From assembly GCA_937944855.1 (NCBI GenBank), contig CALFAY010000032.1:10194-74193 (forward strand): a stretch of DNA of 64,000 nucleotides, in the 5' to 3' direction. This document shows positions 30,181 through 42,369 of this stretch, in pieces. The notes beneath the pieces are model-generated. The model was not told the origin of the DNA and searched no databases. It saw only the letters and a program-made list of their open reading frames with translations. The position numbers and the translations under genes were made by a program. Each line of letters opens with the position of its first letter. Positions within the stretch are counted from its first letter, which is position 1. This DNA is from an uncultured Planctomycetota bacterium (GTDB taxonomy: Bacteria > Planctomycetota > Planctomycetia > Gemmatales > HRBIN36).

Positions 30181-30570
30181 GTGAGCCAACCTCAGTATGA
30201 ACCCCATCGCGGGGTTCTGATCCTTGTGCTGGGCATCTTGTCGCTGGTTTTCTTCGGAATAATCCTCGGACCCATTGCCTGGATACTGGGCACCAGCGAC
30301 CTCAAGAAAATTCGAGCGGGAACGATGGATCCCGAAGGCGAGCAGATGACCAATATCGGAAGGATTCTGGGGATTGTGGGTACGATCATCAACGTGGTGG
30401 TCTGCTGCGGCCTGACCGTCTTCTATTCCGTCATGTTCGCCATCTTGTTCAGCAGTACTCAAGAAATCCATGAGAACCTGGAAAAGATCAAGGGCCCCCA
30501 AGACAACGACGTCCCCTTCGTCAAGCCGCATGACGATGATCTGTTCAAGAACCCCTTTGAAAAGGAATGA
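30181..30570 (+). CDS. DUF4190-like small membrane protein
   Basis: GTG start after AAAGGAG. YEPHRGVLILVLGILSLVFF...PIAWILGTSDLKKIRAGTMDPEGEQMTNIGRILGIVGTI. A paralog lies at 36871-37362. Confidence 0.65.
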   Translation: MSQPQYEPHRGVLILVLGILSLVFFGIILGPIAWILGTSDLKKIRAGTMDPEGEQMTNIGRILGIVGTIINVVVCCGLTVFYSVMFAILFSSTQEIHENLEKIKGPQDNDVPFVKPHDDDLFKNPFEKE

Positions 30571-30639
30571 TACGCGAAGGCGGCCTCATCCCGGCGAACG
30601 CTCTTGACATCAGAAGCGTTGTCTTAGCCGCTTTACCTC

Positions 30640-30876
30640 TCACTCCAAGGTGCCGGCCCCCGCTGCGATCTCGCGGGATATTGGCGAGGGAGCGGCCATT
30701 GCCGTGTCGGCGTGGAACTCGTCGATCCGCTTCTGGACCTCCTCGCGGTGGATGCGGACCTCGGGCGGGGCTTCGATGCCGAGGCGAACCGATTCTCCGC
30801 GAACCTGAGTAATCGTGATGCGGATGTGGCCGTCGATGATGATGGACTGACCGGGCTTGCGGCTGAGCACGAGCAT
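30640..30876 (-). CDS. csrA: Carbon storage regulator CsrA
   Basis: From ATG 30876, after AAGGAGGAG: MLVLSRKPGQSIIIDGHIRITITQVRGESVRLGIEAPPEVRIHREEV. Confidence 0.85.
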   Translation of the reverse strand: MLVLSRKPGQSIIIDGHIRITITQVRGESVRLGIEAPPEVRIHREEVQKRIDEFHADTAMAAPSPISREIAAGAGTLE

Positions 30877-31194
30877 GGATCTCCTCCTTGAACTAAAATC
30901 CATCCGATTGCTCCACTTGCAATCTATACGCCGGAGTAAAGAAAAAAATCGAAGAATGCGGGACTTTTTCTAAAGATTCTCCAAGTGCTTACGAGTTCAG
31001 ACTTTAGCTCATATAAAAATGGCTGAACAAGAAAGTCTGTGACAAATGGGAGAACCAGGTCGGCTTTTTCCGCTCCAGCTTGGTGGTCAGTTTCCGACCA
31101 AAGTGAGCGGAATCGCAACAGGGTGCCCCAAGCTTGCCTGGCAAGGTGCTCGAGGAAGGGACCTTTCTGAGGAAGGCGAGCCGCGAGGAAAATC

Positions 31195-31226
31195 AAAAGG
31201 CCCGCCGACCTTGCGGCCGACGGGCC
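31195..31226 (-). terminator. Rho-independent terminator of the 23S-5S operon
   Basis: On the minus strand, GGCCCGTCGGCC GCAA GGTCGGCGGGCC forms a 12-bp stem including two G-U pairs with a GNRA tetraloop. TTTT follows, about 14 nt after the 5S 3' end. Confidence 0.6.
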
Positions 31227-31239
31227 TTGTAAAGATGGA

Positions 31240-31348
31240 CCCGGCAAGAACCTACTCTCGCGGCAGAAGCCACTACCATCGGCCCTGGAAGCTTAACGGC
31301 CGTGTTCGGAATGGGAACGGGTGTTTCCTTCCAGGTATCGTCACCGGG
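31240..31348 (-). rRNA. rrf: 5S ribosomal RNA
   Basis: The reverse complement reads CCCGGTGACGATACCTGGAAGGAAACACCCGTTCCCATTCCGAACACGGCCGTTAAGCTTCCAGGGCCGATGGTAGTGGC...GAGAGTAGGTTCTTGCCGGG. It contains the conserved CCCATTCCGAACACGG and GGTAGT motifs, and the two ends pair to form helix I. Confidence 0.85.
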
Positions 31349-31690
31349 ATACGCCTGAAAATCTTGAATCGGTTCTAAGGGGCTTATGCAATGCAACGTC
31401 ACTAGCCGATGCACTGGTCTAATTCTTGAAGGCAGAAAAACTCGTAATTGCTTCATCCAGTAAAAAGATTTAGCAACGGGCTAATCAATGGCACGATTAT
31501 ACAACGTTCAAGGCATTTCAAACGTAATACCTATCCAGTTGTCAAACAGCGATGTGACAATAGCGGCAGCGATAAGAAGTCGTCTCAGCGTCAAGCCCCT
31601 GCCGCTGGCAGGTCCGGGATAGGTCCGCAGGTGCAGAGTGTCTGTGGGGCAATCCCGTGACAAGCGGGCACCGGAGCCAAGGATCAATGC

Positions 31691-34508
<2,818 letters not shown>

Positions 34509-34955
34509 GCATTGATCCCGTGCTCGGGTTCCGCCGTTGCCGACCTCACCCGCTACGCGATCAATCGTCCGCTACTGCGTAACGATGATCCTTCGCTCTC
34601 CTAAGGGCTCGTTGCTGAGAACTTCCTCTCCAGGCAGCCTTGCGGCTGCCTGGCGACGGAAGATGCAACTCTTACCGCTGCCGAATTGTCAAAGATCCTG
34701 CGTCCCGCCAGATCTCCCCGACGGAACCGCCCAAAATGGGCAGGAGTCGCTGCATCTCTTCCTTGCCATGCCGCGACTCGCGCCCACTCCAGCGATCGTG
34801 TCGGCCGGTTCAGATTAGATATGCGAGCGGCTCAGAGGTTTCAAGATCCGCTCACATTTTTTTTTCCGATCTCGGCCTCTCATCAAGGCTCAGCTTCCTC
34901 GGTAGCCGTTATGGTAGGCTGGGCGGCTATCGGCGGCAAGACCGGCAACATTTTT

Positions 34956-35028
34956 TGGAGACGACCGGGGTCGAACCGGCAACCTCCGGCTTGCAAAACC
35001 GGCGCTCTCCCAATTGAGCTACGTCCCC
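34956..35028 (-). tRNA. tRNA-Ala (anticodon UGC)
   Basis: The reverse complement is GGGGACGTAGCTCAATTGGGAGAGCGCCGGTTTTGCAAGCCGGAGGTTGCCGGTTCGACCCCGGTCGTCTCCA. It folds as a cloverleaf with anticodon loop TTTGCAA. It has the G3:U70 alanine identity pair. CCA is not encoded. Confidence 0.9.
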
Positions 35029-35316
35029 TCGGTGAAGGCGGCCCGTTTTTTTACCGCCGACTTTCCTGGATCAAGCACTCTTTGGCCAAAGTGAACCGCC
35101 AGTAACCCACGTTCTCTTCATCGGAACCGCGGGCTTCAGACTCAAGCAGCGCAACATCTGGCGAAAAGAGTGCGATGCCACCTACTCAGGTAGGATACCC
35201 GTCCGGGCCGGTCTCGGCAACCCGGGTCGTCCCCCCGCCCGACTCCAAAGGCTGCGAAATCCTCTGCGGAGGAAGCGGTCGGGCCCCCTTCCCCCTCAGC
35301 GTTTCGAGTACCTTCA

Positions 35317-35427
35317 GAGGTTGGTGCGCAACATTCTTCCCATGCCTCCTTTCGGCTCAGCGGGCCTGCTTTTCCAGTCTCCGCATAAAGCCCGCAGGCC
35401 AGTATCCGGAGGTTGGTGCGCAACATT
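35317..35427. repeat. Two perfect 19-nt direct repeats (GAGGTTGGTGCGCAACATT on the plus strand, AATGTTGCGCACCAACCTC on the minus strand) 92 bp apart, upstream of the rRNA operon
   Basis: The copies lie at 35317-35335 and 35409-35427. A 9-nt partial third copy (GCGCAACAT) lies at 35149-35157. On the minus strand both full copies are followed within 4-6 nt by TACT. Confidence 0.8.
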
Positions 35428-36192
35428 TTTCGTCCCCTTCATCGAACTGACATTTTCCATTTGTGAAGTAATCTCCGCCGAGAACTTCTGAAGGAATGCC
35501 CAGCTTGCGTAAACCCGGGCTAACACCTTGATAACGCTCCCTTAGCTACCGTGTTGCTTCCTGGATTCTAACCACTTGCTGCACCGCCGGTAACCTCGGT
35601 CGCAGCGGTCAGAGCGAAGCGGCTCGGGCCAAAAGTGGTGTTGGCACAACTGTCTCGATGCGATATGAGACTGTGTTGCTTGGCGGACACGACTTGCTGC
35701 TTCGGAACAGCGCAGCCGGTGCTCGAGATTGAGCAAGGCACTGCTTCGGCTGGTATGTTCAACCGACCAAGTGACCGAGGGCGGAATCGGGCGCAGGAAC
35801 ACAAAGGCCTGCAAGGGCTTGGGAAAATCGAAGTATCGCGGTCCAAGCGTGAAAGTCCGGAAAAATCGCGGAAAAAAAGGCATGAAGTTTGCGACATGTT
35901 ATTTCCGCTTCAGTAGCCCAGCGCCGCGAGCCGAGAGAAATAGACGAAGCACTTGCTCAGGCAAGGAGTTGCGAGCTAAAGTGCAACAGAGGAACAGAGG
36001 CAGGTCGTCAAGTCACCCTGGCCGTTCCAGCGATGCTTGAGGCCCGGCGAGACCGACCGAGGCCGGCCACGTCGGGGCGAAATCCTGCCCTGGTGTTCAC
36101 TGAGGGAAACGCTGTGACCAGGCATTGACCGGGGCGCACACCCATCGTCCGGGACGAAGACGGTGCGCGCCTCAAATCAGGGGGAGGCGCCG

Positions 36193-36756
36193 ATGACCTT
36201 TACCGATCTGCTCATCGCGGCAGCCTTGCTGACCGGTTCCGGACCCGCCGAATTGCACGAGCCGACTTACCTGCGGCAGCAATTCCCCGTGCTGCGTTTT
36301 GCTCTGATGGGGCTGGCCCTGGATTGGGAGATCCTTGATCCCCGGGAAACCCGCTATGTTCTGGCCCGGGAGGAAGACATCGCCAGCGACCTGCGGATGT
36401 TGCAGCGGCGTTTCCAGGAACTCAGCGATGCTCCCTGCCTGTCCGACGCCCTGCGCTTGCCCGATCGGGCCGTCGTCAACGAATTGCTCGCCTTCAACCG
36501 GGCCTACCGCAACTACGTCGAATCGCGTCAGCCGATGGAAACCGTCCTGGGCAGCCAGCTGCGGGCTGTGCAACGGGAAGTGGAGTACCTCTATCAGGTC
36601 TGGGACACGGTGCGGGACGCCCGTTGCGATTACTACTACGTCACCGTTCGCCGTCAGGCCCTCAAGCGGCTGCGGGAGTTGATCGGGGAGGACGCCTACT
36701 ACCGCGGCGAACTCCCGCCTCACGTTCCGCTGTGGCGGTTCCAGGAAATCGACTGA
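36193..36756 (+). CDS. Hypothetical protein
   Basis: GGGGAGG at 36181-36187, then ATG at 36193. 187 aa, MTFTDLLIAAALLTGSGPAE..., with codon usage like neighbouring genes. I recognise no family. Confidence 0.5.
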   Translation: MTFTDLLIAAALLTGSGPAELHEPTYLRQQFPVLRFALMGLALDWEILDPRETRYVLAREEDIASDLRMLQRRFQELSDAPCLSDALRLPDRAVVNELLAFNRAYRNYVESRQPMETVLGSQLRAVQREVEYLYQVWDTVRDARCDYYYVTVRRQALKRLRELIGEDAYYRGELPPHVPLWRFQEID

Positions 36757-36870
36757 CCTTCGTTCATCCCGGCCATTGTGGAGCGTTCGCCAGCGGATTA
36801 AGATAGCGGCGTTTCGTGCCACCATGATCGTGCTGCCACCGCTGCGCTTATTCCGCCAAAGGCGTCGCCA

Positions 36871-37362
36871 ATGCCCACCATGACCCGCTGCCCTGGTTGT
36901 AAAAGCCAGCTTCGTGTGCCGGATGGATCTGTAGGTCGCCAAGTCAAATGCCCCACCTGCGGCACCCAGTTTGTTGCCGTCAGCGAGGAGGAAGTCGCTA
37001 CCGATCCGGCAACGGCACGCTGGTTCGAAGACGAGCCGGAAGAACATCAAGAGCAAGAGTACGAAGAGCGTCCCCGCCGTGTCCGTCGCCGGGATTATGA
37101 ACCGCATCGCGGAGGGCTGATTCTGGCTCTGGGCATCATCGGCCTGGTCATCTGTGCTCCGCTGGCGATTCCTGCCTGGATCATGGGCGAGTCGGACCTG
37201 AAGAAGATCCGCGCCGGGATCATGGATCCGGAAGGCGAAGGACTGACGCAAGCGGGCCGCATCCTCGGCATCATCGGGACTATCCTTTGCCTGATCGGCT
37301 GCGTCTGTGGCGGGTTGTACACGGTTCTCGTGATTGCCAGTCTGGGTGTTGCTCCAAACTGA
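36871..37362 (+). CDS. Zinc-ribbon (MJ0042-type) plus DUF4190-like membrane protein
   Basis: MTRCPGCKSQLRVPDGSVGRQVKCPTCGTQF carries two CxxC pairs. An acidic linker follows, then YEPHRGGLILALGIIGLVICAPLAIPAWIMGESDLKKIRAGIMDPEGEGLTQAGRILGIIGTI, paralogous to 30181-30570. Confidence 0.7.
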   Translation: MPTMTRCPGCKSQLRVPDGSVGRQVKCPTCGTQFVAVSEEEVATDPATARWFEDEPEEHQEQEYEERPRRVRRRDYEPHRGGLILALGIIGLVICAPLAIPAWIMGESDLKKIRAGIMDPEGEGLTQAGRILGIIGTILCLIGCVCGGLYTVLVIASLGVAPN

Positions 37363-37445
37363 ACGTTCTTGGTTGATCCATTCGACCTTGTCAAGCCGAT
37401 GACATCCGGGTATCCGAATGGCAAGCGGGTCCAGGAGGCTTGCCC

Positions 37446-37655
37446 ATGCGCCGAATCCTTCCGGCGGTTCTGCTGCTGCTGTCTGGGTGCAGCACGGCTC
37501 CGATTGCCGACTTCATGGATTTCTTCTTCGCGCCGCGAATGCCCTCGGCCGGACGTGGCGGAGTCTGCGAACCGGCCTCACCCACGCCGCCCGCTCCCGT
37601 CGTCCCCGGTCGGCCCATCTTTCCTGAACCTCCTCCTCCGGAACCCGTCCGATAA
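37446..37655 (+). CDS. Small proline-rich lipoprotein candidate
   Basis: AGGAGG at 37431-37436, then ATG at 37446. MRRILPAVLLLLSGCST has a lipobox. The C-terminus is proline-rich (PTPPAPVVPGRPIFPEPPPPEP). Confidence 0.45.
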   Translation: MRRILPAVLLLLSGCSTAPIADFMDFFFAPRMPSAGRGGVCEPASPTPPAPVVPGRPIFPEPPPPEPVR

Positions 37656-37834
37656 GGGCACAGCCCGCTCTGCCAGGCATCTGCTTGCCTTTCCTCGGAA
37701 AACTCTGCCCATTTCCCAGCATTCCCGCTTCGAGTCCGCTGTGTGACCGCTGGTCCGCTCCATGGCGGCGGCGTAGGATGGCTCTGCCCCGGCTCAGCTG
37801 GGGAACACGACATGGACGCCTGGGATCCGGTCCC

Positions 37835-38929
37835 ATGACGTTGATAAGGGCCTGTGGCGGGATTGGTCTGATGCTGGCACTCGGCCTGGCGACAGCCGCG
37901 GGTTTGCGCACCACCAAGGCCGAACCGGCAACCGGACTGACCGCCTCCTCTCCGGTGGATGTCGCGCTGGGGAAAAACGAGCGAGTCCGCTTCGAGCAAC
38001 TGCTCTCCCGCAAGATCGTTGGGGGGCGCACCCCGTCCTGGCAACAGTACGCACGCTGGGGCAAGGAACTGATCGAAACGGGCCGGGTCGCTGAGCCGCC
38101 GGAAGGCCCTTCTCCCTCTCGGCCCTTGTCGGAGCGGTACCTCTGCCTGCACTGTCACAACGTCCAGCGAGAGGATATTCGTCTGACGGTGCAAGACCCC
38201 GAAACCCGGGAGCGGCTGATTCGCCAACTGGCTCCCGAAGATCCCGGCCGCGTGGATTCGGCCACGGTGCGGCTGACGACTGGAGCGACCCTGTGGGGCG
38301 CGGTCAACCGGGAGAGCTTCTACAACGGCCACTACACCCGCTATCGCAATCAGACCTTGGCCGACGGCAGGCCGATGAACCCCTACCGCCTCGCCGACGC
38401 CATTCAGGTCTGCTGCCGTTTTTGCAGCGGCGGACGCTACCCGACCGAATGGGAACTCGATGCCATGCTCGCCTACCATTGGGAGCTGGAGCTGCGCTTG
38501 CGCGATCTCGACCTTTCCGCGGAGGAATTGGATTTTCTTCTTCGCGGCTTGAACAGCGGCAATCTGACGGAGATCACCGCAGCGCGGGCGCAGATACGCC
38601 GTCGGCTGCTGACGGCCTCGGCGGCCACCAAAGGCAGCGTGCCGTTACGAAGCGAAGGCGACACGGATTTCTACGCCGATGGCTCCCGCATCGTCGGAGA
38701 GGCCAGGCGAGGCCGACTGGTCTATGAGTCGGCCTGTGCCGGGTGTCATGGCAATGTCATCAACAGTCTGAGCGGCAAGGCGCTGCTCATGGACGACCGG
38801 CGTTTCCACCATTTCATCCGGGAAGGCACGGAGCGGGACGGGCTGTACATGCCGCTGTTCACCCTCGAGCGCCTGAGCCGTCCCCAGGTCGCCGACGTGC
38901 GGGCCTACCTGCGCTCCTTGCCACGCTGA
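37835..38929 (+). CDS. Secreted c-type cytochrome family protein (two CxxCH motifs)
   Basis: From ATG 37835 (MTLIRACGGIGLMLALGLATAAG is a signal). Heme motifs CLHCHN and CAGCHG are present, plus an extra CCRFC cluster. Confidence 0.65.
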   Translation: MTLIRACGGIGLMLALGLATAAGLRTTKAEPATGLTASSPVDVALGKNERVRFEQLLSRKIVGGRTPSWQQYARWGKELIETGRVAEPPEGPSPSRPLSERYLCLHCHNVQREDIRLTVQDPETRERLIRQLAPEDPGRVDSATVRLTTGATLWGAVNRESFYNGHYTRYRNQTLADGRPMNPYRLADAIQVCCRFCSGGRYPTEWELDAMLAYHWELELRLRDLDLSAEELDFLLRGLNSGNLTEITAARAQIRRRLLTASAATKGSVPLRSEGDTDFYADGSRIVGEARRGRLVYESACAGCHGNVINSLSGKALLMDDRRFHHFIREGTERDGLYMPLFTLERLSRPQVADVRAYLRSLPR

Positions 38930-38937
38930 GTCAAGCG

Positions 38938-39804
38938 TTACACTTTGGCTGTTTCTCGCACCGGGGCGGTCGTCGCTCCGTTGATGCCCCACTGAGGCGG
39001 CGTCGCCTTCGCCCAGCGATTGCTCTGGCTGAAGAAAGCGAGCGGATTATCGAAGACGACCTTGCGGATGGCCGCTTCCGAATGGCCGCGCCTCTTCATC
39101 TCCTGAATGAACTCCGGCACCGCCAGGGGATCGGACTTGCCCCAGTCGCCGGCAGAATTCACCACGATGCGGTCCGTGCCCACCATCTCGATGATGTCCA
39201 CGGCGCGGGCGGGAGTGCATTTGGTGAGCGGATACAACGTCATGCCGCACCAGCAGCCGGCGTCCAAAGCTAGCTTCACCGTATGCTCCTCGACGTGGTC
39301 GATGAGCACCCGGGCCGGATCGACACGACGATCCGAACGCAGCATGTCGAGGATCATCCGCGTGCCTTTGTATTTGTCCTCCAGATGTGGAGTGTGGACG
39401 AGGATCAGTTCATTGGTTTCGACGGCCAGTTCGACGTGTTCAAGAAAGACCGTCGCTTCGTTGCGGGTGTTTTTGTTCAGGCCGATCTCACCGATGCCGA
39501 GCACGTTCGGCTTGTGGAGAAACTCGGGAATGAGGGCGATGACCTCGCGGGCCAGGCTGACGTTCTCCGCTTCCTTGGCATTGATGCACAGCCAGGAGTA
39601 GTGCTGGATGCCGAACTGAGCCGCCCGCTTGGGTTCGTACTCGGTCAGGTGGCGGAAATAGTCGTGAAACCCCGCCGCCGACCCGCGGTCGAAGCCGGCC
39701 CAGAAGGCCGGTTCGCTGACCGCCACGCAACCGGCGTAGGCCATCCGCTGGTAGTCGTCGGTGACGCGGGAAATCATGTGGATGTGCGGGTCGATGTAGT
39801 ACAT
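38938..39804 (-). CDS. TatD-like metal-dependent hydrolase (amidohydrolase superfamily)
   Basis: From ATG 39804: [10 protein letters not shown] (HxH metal site), GEIGLN, LVHTPH, and NSAGDWG. Confidence 0.7.
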   Translation of the reverse strand: MYYIDPHIHMISRVTDDYQRMAYAGCVAVSEPAFWAGFDRGSAAGFHDYFRHLTEYEPKRAAQFGIQHYSWLCINAKEAENVSLAREVIALIPEFLHKPNVLGIGEIGLNKNTRNEATVFLEHVELAVETNELILVHTPHLEDKYKGTRMILDMLRSDRRVDPARVLIDHVEEHTVKLALDAGCWCGMTLYPLTKCTPARAVDIIEMVGTDRIVVNSAGDWGKSDPLAVPEFIQEMKRRGHSEAAIRKVVFDNPLAFFSQSNRWAKATPPQWGINGATTAPVRETAKV

Positions 39805-39827
39805 CGCAAACCCTCCGCCTGTCGAGC

Positions 39828-41060
39828 CTAGCGGTCGATCTCGCCCATGACGATGTCCACACTTCCCAGGATAGCAGGAACGTCGCCGATCAGACAGTTC
39901 TTGCAGATTTCGCTGATGACGCTGAGGTTGCAGAAGCTCGACGACCGGGCACGCACCCGCAGGGGAACGATGTCCTTGTTCGGACGGCCCACGACCCAGA
40001 AGCCCATCTGACCCCGCGGACACTCGGTTTCGACATACGCTTCGCCGACCGGCAGATGCCGCGGCGGCTCGATGCGGTGCGTTCCCTGGGCCTTCGGGTA
40101 GCGGTCGATGGCCTGGCGGACGATCTTGATCGACTCGACCACCTCCAACATGCGGACGTAGAAGCGGTGCCAGCAGTCGCCGATGACCGCTTCCGGCGGG
40201 GTCCGCGGCCTGATGCCGAAATGCTCGTCGTCGTAGTAGTCGTCCGTGAACGGCGGAATGATCGCCTTGAAATCATAAGATTCGTACCCGCAGTACGGCT
40301 CCAGCTTGCGGAGGTCCCAGGCCGGGTCGCCCTGGGTCCGGTCCAGCGAACCGCGGAGCATCGGGCCGGTGCATCCGTAGTTGATCGCCAAGTCTTTGGG
40401 CAAGATGCCGATGCCGGCGGTCCGCTTGATGAAAATCTGGTTCTTGGTCAGAAGCGTGTGGTATTCCTGGATGCGCGGCTCGAAGTAATCGAGGAACTTC
40501 GAGCAGCGTTCGAGCCAACCGTCGGGCAAGTCGTCGTGGACGCCGCCGATGGTGATGTAGCTGTAGGTAAGCCGGGCGCCGCAGACCTCCTCGAACAAGT
40601 CGAGAATCATCTCCCGCTCGCGGAAGGCGTACAGGAACGGGCTGAAGGAGCCGAGGTCGAGGCCATACGCCCCCATGCCGACGAGGTGGCTGGCGATGCG
40701 GTTCATCTCGGCGATCAAAACGCGGATCACCTGGGCTTTTTCAGGAATCTTCATGCCGCACAGCTTCTCGACCGCCAGCGAGTAGCCGAGGTTCATGTTC
40801 ATGGCGGCCAGGTAGTCCATGCGGTCGGTGTAGGGGATGAACTGGATGGGCGTGACGTTCTCACCGATCTTTTCAGCGCAGCGGTGCAGGTAGCCCATGT
40901 GGGGCGTGACTTCGGAGACGACCTCGCCGTCGGTGCGAAGCACGAGCCGGAGCACGCCGTGGGTGCTGGGGTGCTGCGGACCCATGCTGACGAGCATCTC
41001 GTCGGTGCGGACGTCCAGTTCGATGATCTGCTGTTCGTCGCGTTCCAGCGTGGTGGACAT
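39828..41060 (-). CDS. nuoD: NADH-quinone oxidoreductase subunit D
   Basis: From ATG 41060: [16 protein letters not shown], and the conserved C-terminus VMGEIDR. Confidence 0.9.
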   Translation of the reverse strand: MSTTLERDEQQIIELDVRTDEMLVSMGPQHPSTHGVLRLVLRTDGEVVSEVTPHMGYLHRCAEKIGENVTPIQFIPYTDRMDYLAAMNMNLGYSLAVEKLCGMKIPEKAQVIRVLIAEMNRIASHLVGMGAYGLDLGSFSPFLYAFREREMILDLFEEVCGARLTYSYITIGGVHDDLPDGWLERCSKFLDYFEPRIQEYHTLLTKNQIFIKRTAGIGILPKDLAINYGCTGPMLRGSLDRTQGDPAWDLRKLEPYCGYESYDFKAIIPPFTDDYYDDEHFGIRPRTPPEAVIGDCWHRFYVRMLEVVESIKIVRQAIDRYPKAQGTHRIEPPRHLPVGEAYVETECPRGQMGFWVVGRPNKDIVPLRVRARSSSFCNLSVISEICKNCLIGDVPAILGSVDIVMGEIDR

Positions 41061-41131
41061 AGCGCGGTTCCAAGTCGAATGATTCAAAGGTATTTGACAC
41101 CGGTTCCCAGGAGGGTACCGATGCGGAGACT

Positions 41132-41662
41132 TCACCGGCCGCGGATGCCGTGGTACTCCAACGGGAAAACATAGTCTTTGCGAAGCGGATGGCCCTCCCA
41201 GTCGTCGGCCAAGAGGATGCGGCGCAGGTCGGGGTGGTCGGTGAACCAGACGCCGACCAGGTCGTAGGTTTCCCGTTCATGCCAATCCGCGGCCCGCCAC
41301 AGCGACGCCACTGAAGGCGCCTCTGGCAGCTGGCCCGGCGTGTTGTTCTTCCAGCGGGGCAGAATCAGTTTGACCACGAAGCGATGCCGCTTGACGAAAC
41401 TCGACAGATGATACACGACCTCCAGGTGCGGCTCGAAACCGGCCTTGGCTGCCTTGGCCGGGTCCGGCTCGCAGTAGTCCACGCCGCTGATGCAGTTAAG
41501 CATGTCGAACTGGAGCCGGGGATCATCCCGCAGAAAGCGGCAGACTTCGACCAGGTCGGCGGGATCGATGACGATGTACGGGTCGATGGCGTCCAGCTTT
41601 TCGGCCTTGATCTTGGGACCGAAACGCTCCTTGACAATGGCGATGATTTCCTGCGCGGTCAT
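41132..41662 (-). CDS. nuoC: NADH-quinone oxidoreductase subunit C
   Basis: 176 aa. CISGVDY, and ADWHERETYDLVGVWFTDHPDLRRIL. Confidence 0.9.
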   Translation of the reverse strand: MTAQEIIAIVKERFGPKIKAEKLDAIDPYIVIDPADLVEVCRFLRDDPRLQFDMLNCISGVDYCEPDPAKAAKAGFEPHLEVVYHLSSFVKRHRFVVKLILPRWKNNTPGQLPEAPSVASLWRAADWHERETYDLVGVWFTDHPDLRRILLADDWEGHPLRKDYVFPLEYHGIRGR

Positions 41663-41694
41663 GGATCAATCCGCTTGACACGGGGTTGTCACGC

Positions 41695-42309
41695 TCAGGC
41701 CTTGGCCGGGGTGGCACGCTCCTTGTTCCGCCGGGCAAACTCGTTGGCCTTTTCCGGGGTTTCCAGTTCCGGGGGCAGTTGGACATAGCCGGAGCGGGCG
41801 GGAATGAGATTCTCCAGCGGCTGGCCCTTGGTGAGGTACTTCATGGCCCGAACCTTGTCCTGAATCCGCATCAGTCCTTCGAGCAGCGCTTCGGGCCGCG
41901 GCGGACAGCCAGCGACGTACACGTCCACGGGCACAATCAGGTCCACGCCCTTGACCACGTTGTAGCCGTACTTGTAGTATGGTCCCCCGCCGCAGGTGCA
42001 GGCCCCCATAGCGATGACGAACTTCGGCTCAGGCATCTGGTTGTAGAGGCGGCGGACGCGGCTGGCCATCTTGTAGTTGACCGTGCCGGCGACGATCATC
42101 AGGTCGGCTTGACGCGGTGTGGCCCGAAACGCCCCCGCGCCAAAGCGGTCGATGTCGTAGCGCGACGCTCCGGTGGCCATCATCTCGATGGCGCAGCAGG
42201 CCAGGCCGAAGGTCATCGGCCACATGCTCGATTCCCTGGCCCAGTTGATCGCCTGTTCCAGGGTCGTCGTGATGACGCCTTCCTCGAAACGGCCTTCCAA
42301 CCAGCCCAT
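41695..42309 (-). CDS. nuoB: NADH-quinone oxidoreductase subunit B
   Basis: 204 aa. [18 protein letters not shown], and GCPPRPEAL provide the N2 cluster cysteines. Confidence 0.9.
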   Translation of the reverse strand: MGWLEGRFEEGVITTTLEQAINWARESSMWPMTFGLACCAIEMMATGASRYDIDRFGAGAFRATPRQADLMIVAGTVNYKMASRVRRLYNQMPEPKFVIAMGACTCGGGPYYKYGYNVVKGVDLIVPVDVYVAGCPPRPEALLEGLMRIQDKVRAMKYLTKGQPLENLIPARSGYVQLPPELETPEKANEFARRNKERATPAKA

Positions 42310-42369
42310 TGACGATCTCCTGTCAATGGCGAAGCCGGGCTTCGCCGGTCGTTGCTTGTGTCCGCGCGG

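Noticed and set aside
34509-34955. A second spacer tRNA (tRNA-Ile) between tRNA-Ala and 23S.
   Set aside because: No T-arm (GGTTCGA-type) or cloverleaf can be found. The region contains only simple hairpins, for example CCAGGCAGCC-GCAA-GGCTGCCTGG on the rRNA strand, consistent with spacer processing structures.
35838-35995. RNase P RNA-like motifs on the plus strand: GTGAAAGTCCGG (resembles CR-I GAGGAAAGUCCGGGC) and AGTGCAACAGAGG (resembles the J11/12 AGUGCAACAGAGAG).
   Set aside because: Only these two short matches exist. They are ~140 nt apart and joined by A-rich, apparently unstructured sequence. I could not find a convincing P4 3' strand (ACAGAAxCCGGCUUA; the best candidate, ACCGAGGCCGGCCAC, pairs poorly). 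I also found no GGGUGAAA-type block and no P1 closing helix. An Infernal scan with the bacterial RNase P models would settle it.
35029-36192. A CsrA-sequestering sRNA (GGA-rich) in the large non-coding region near csrA.
   Set aside because: I counted about 20 GGA triplets in ~1.16 kb. That is roughly what base composition predicts, and they are not arranged in repeated hairpin loops.
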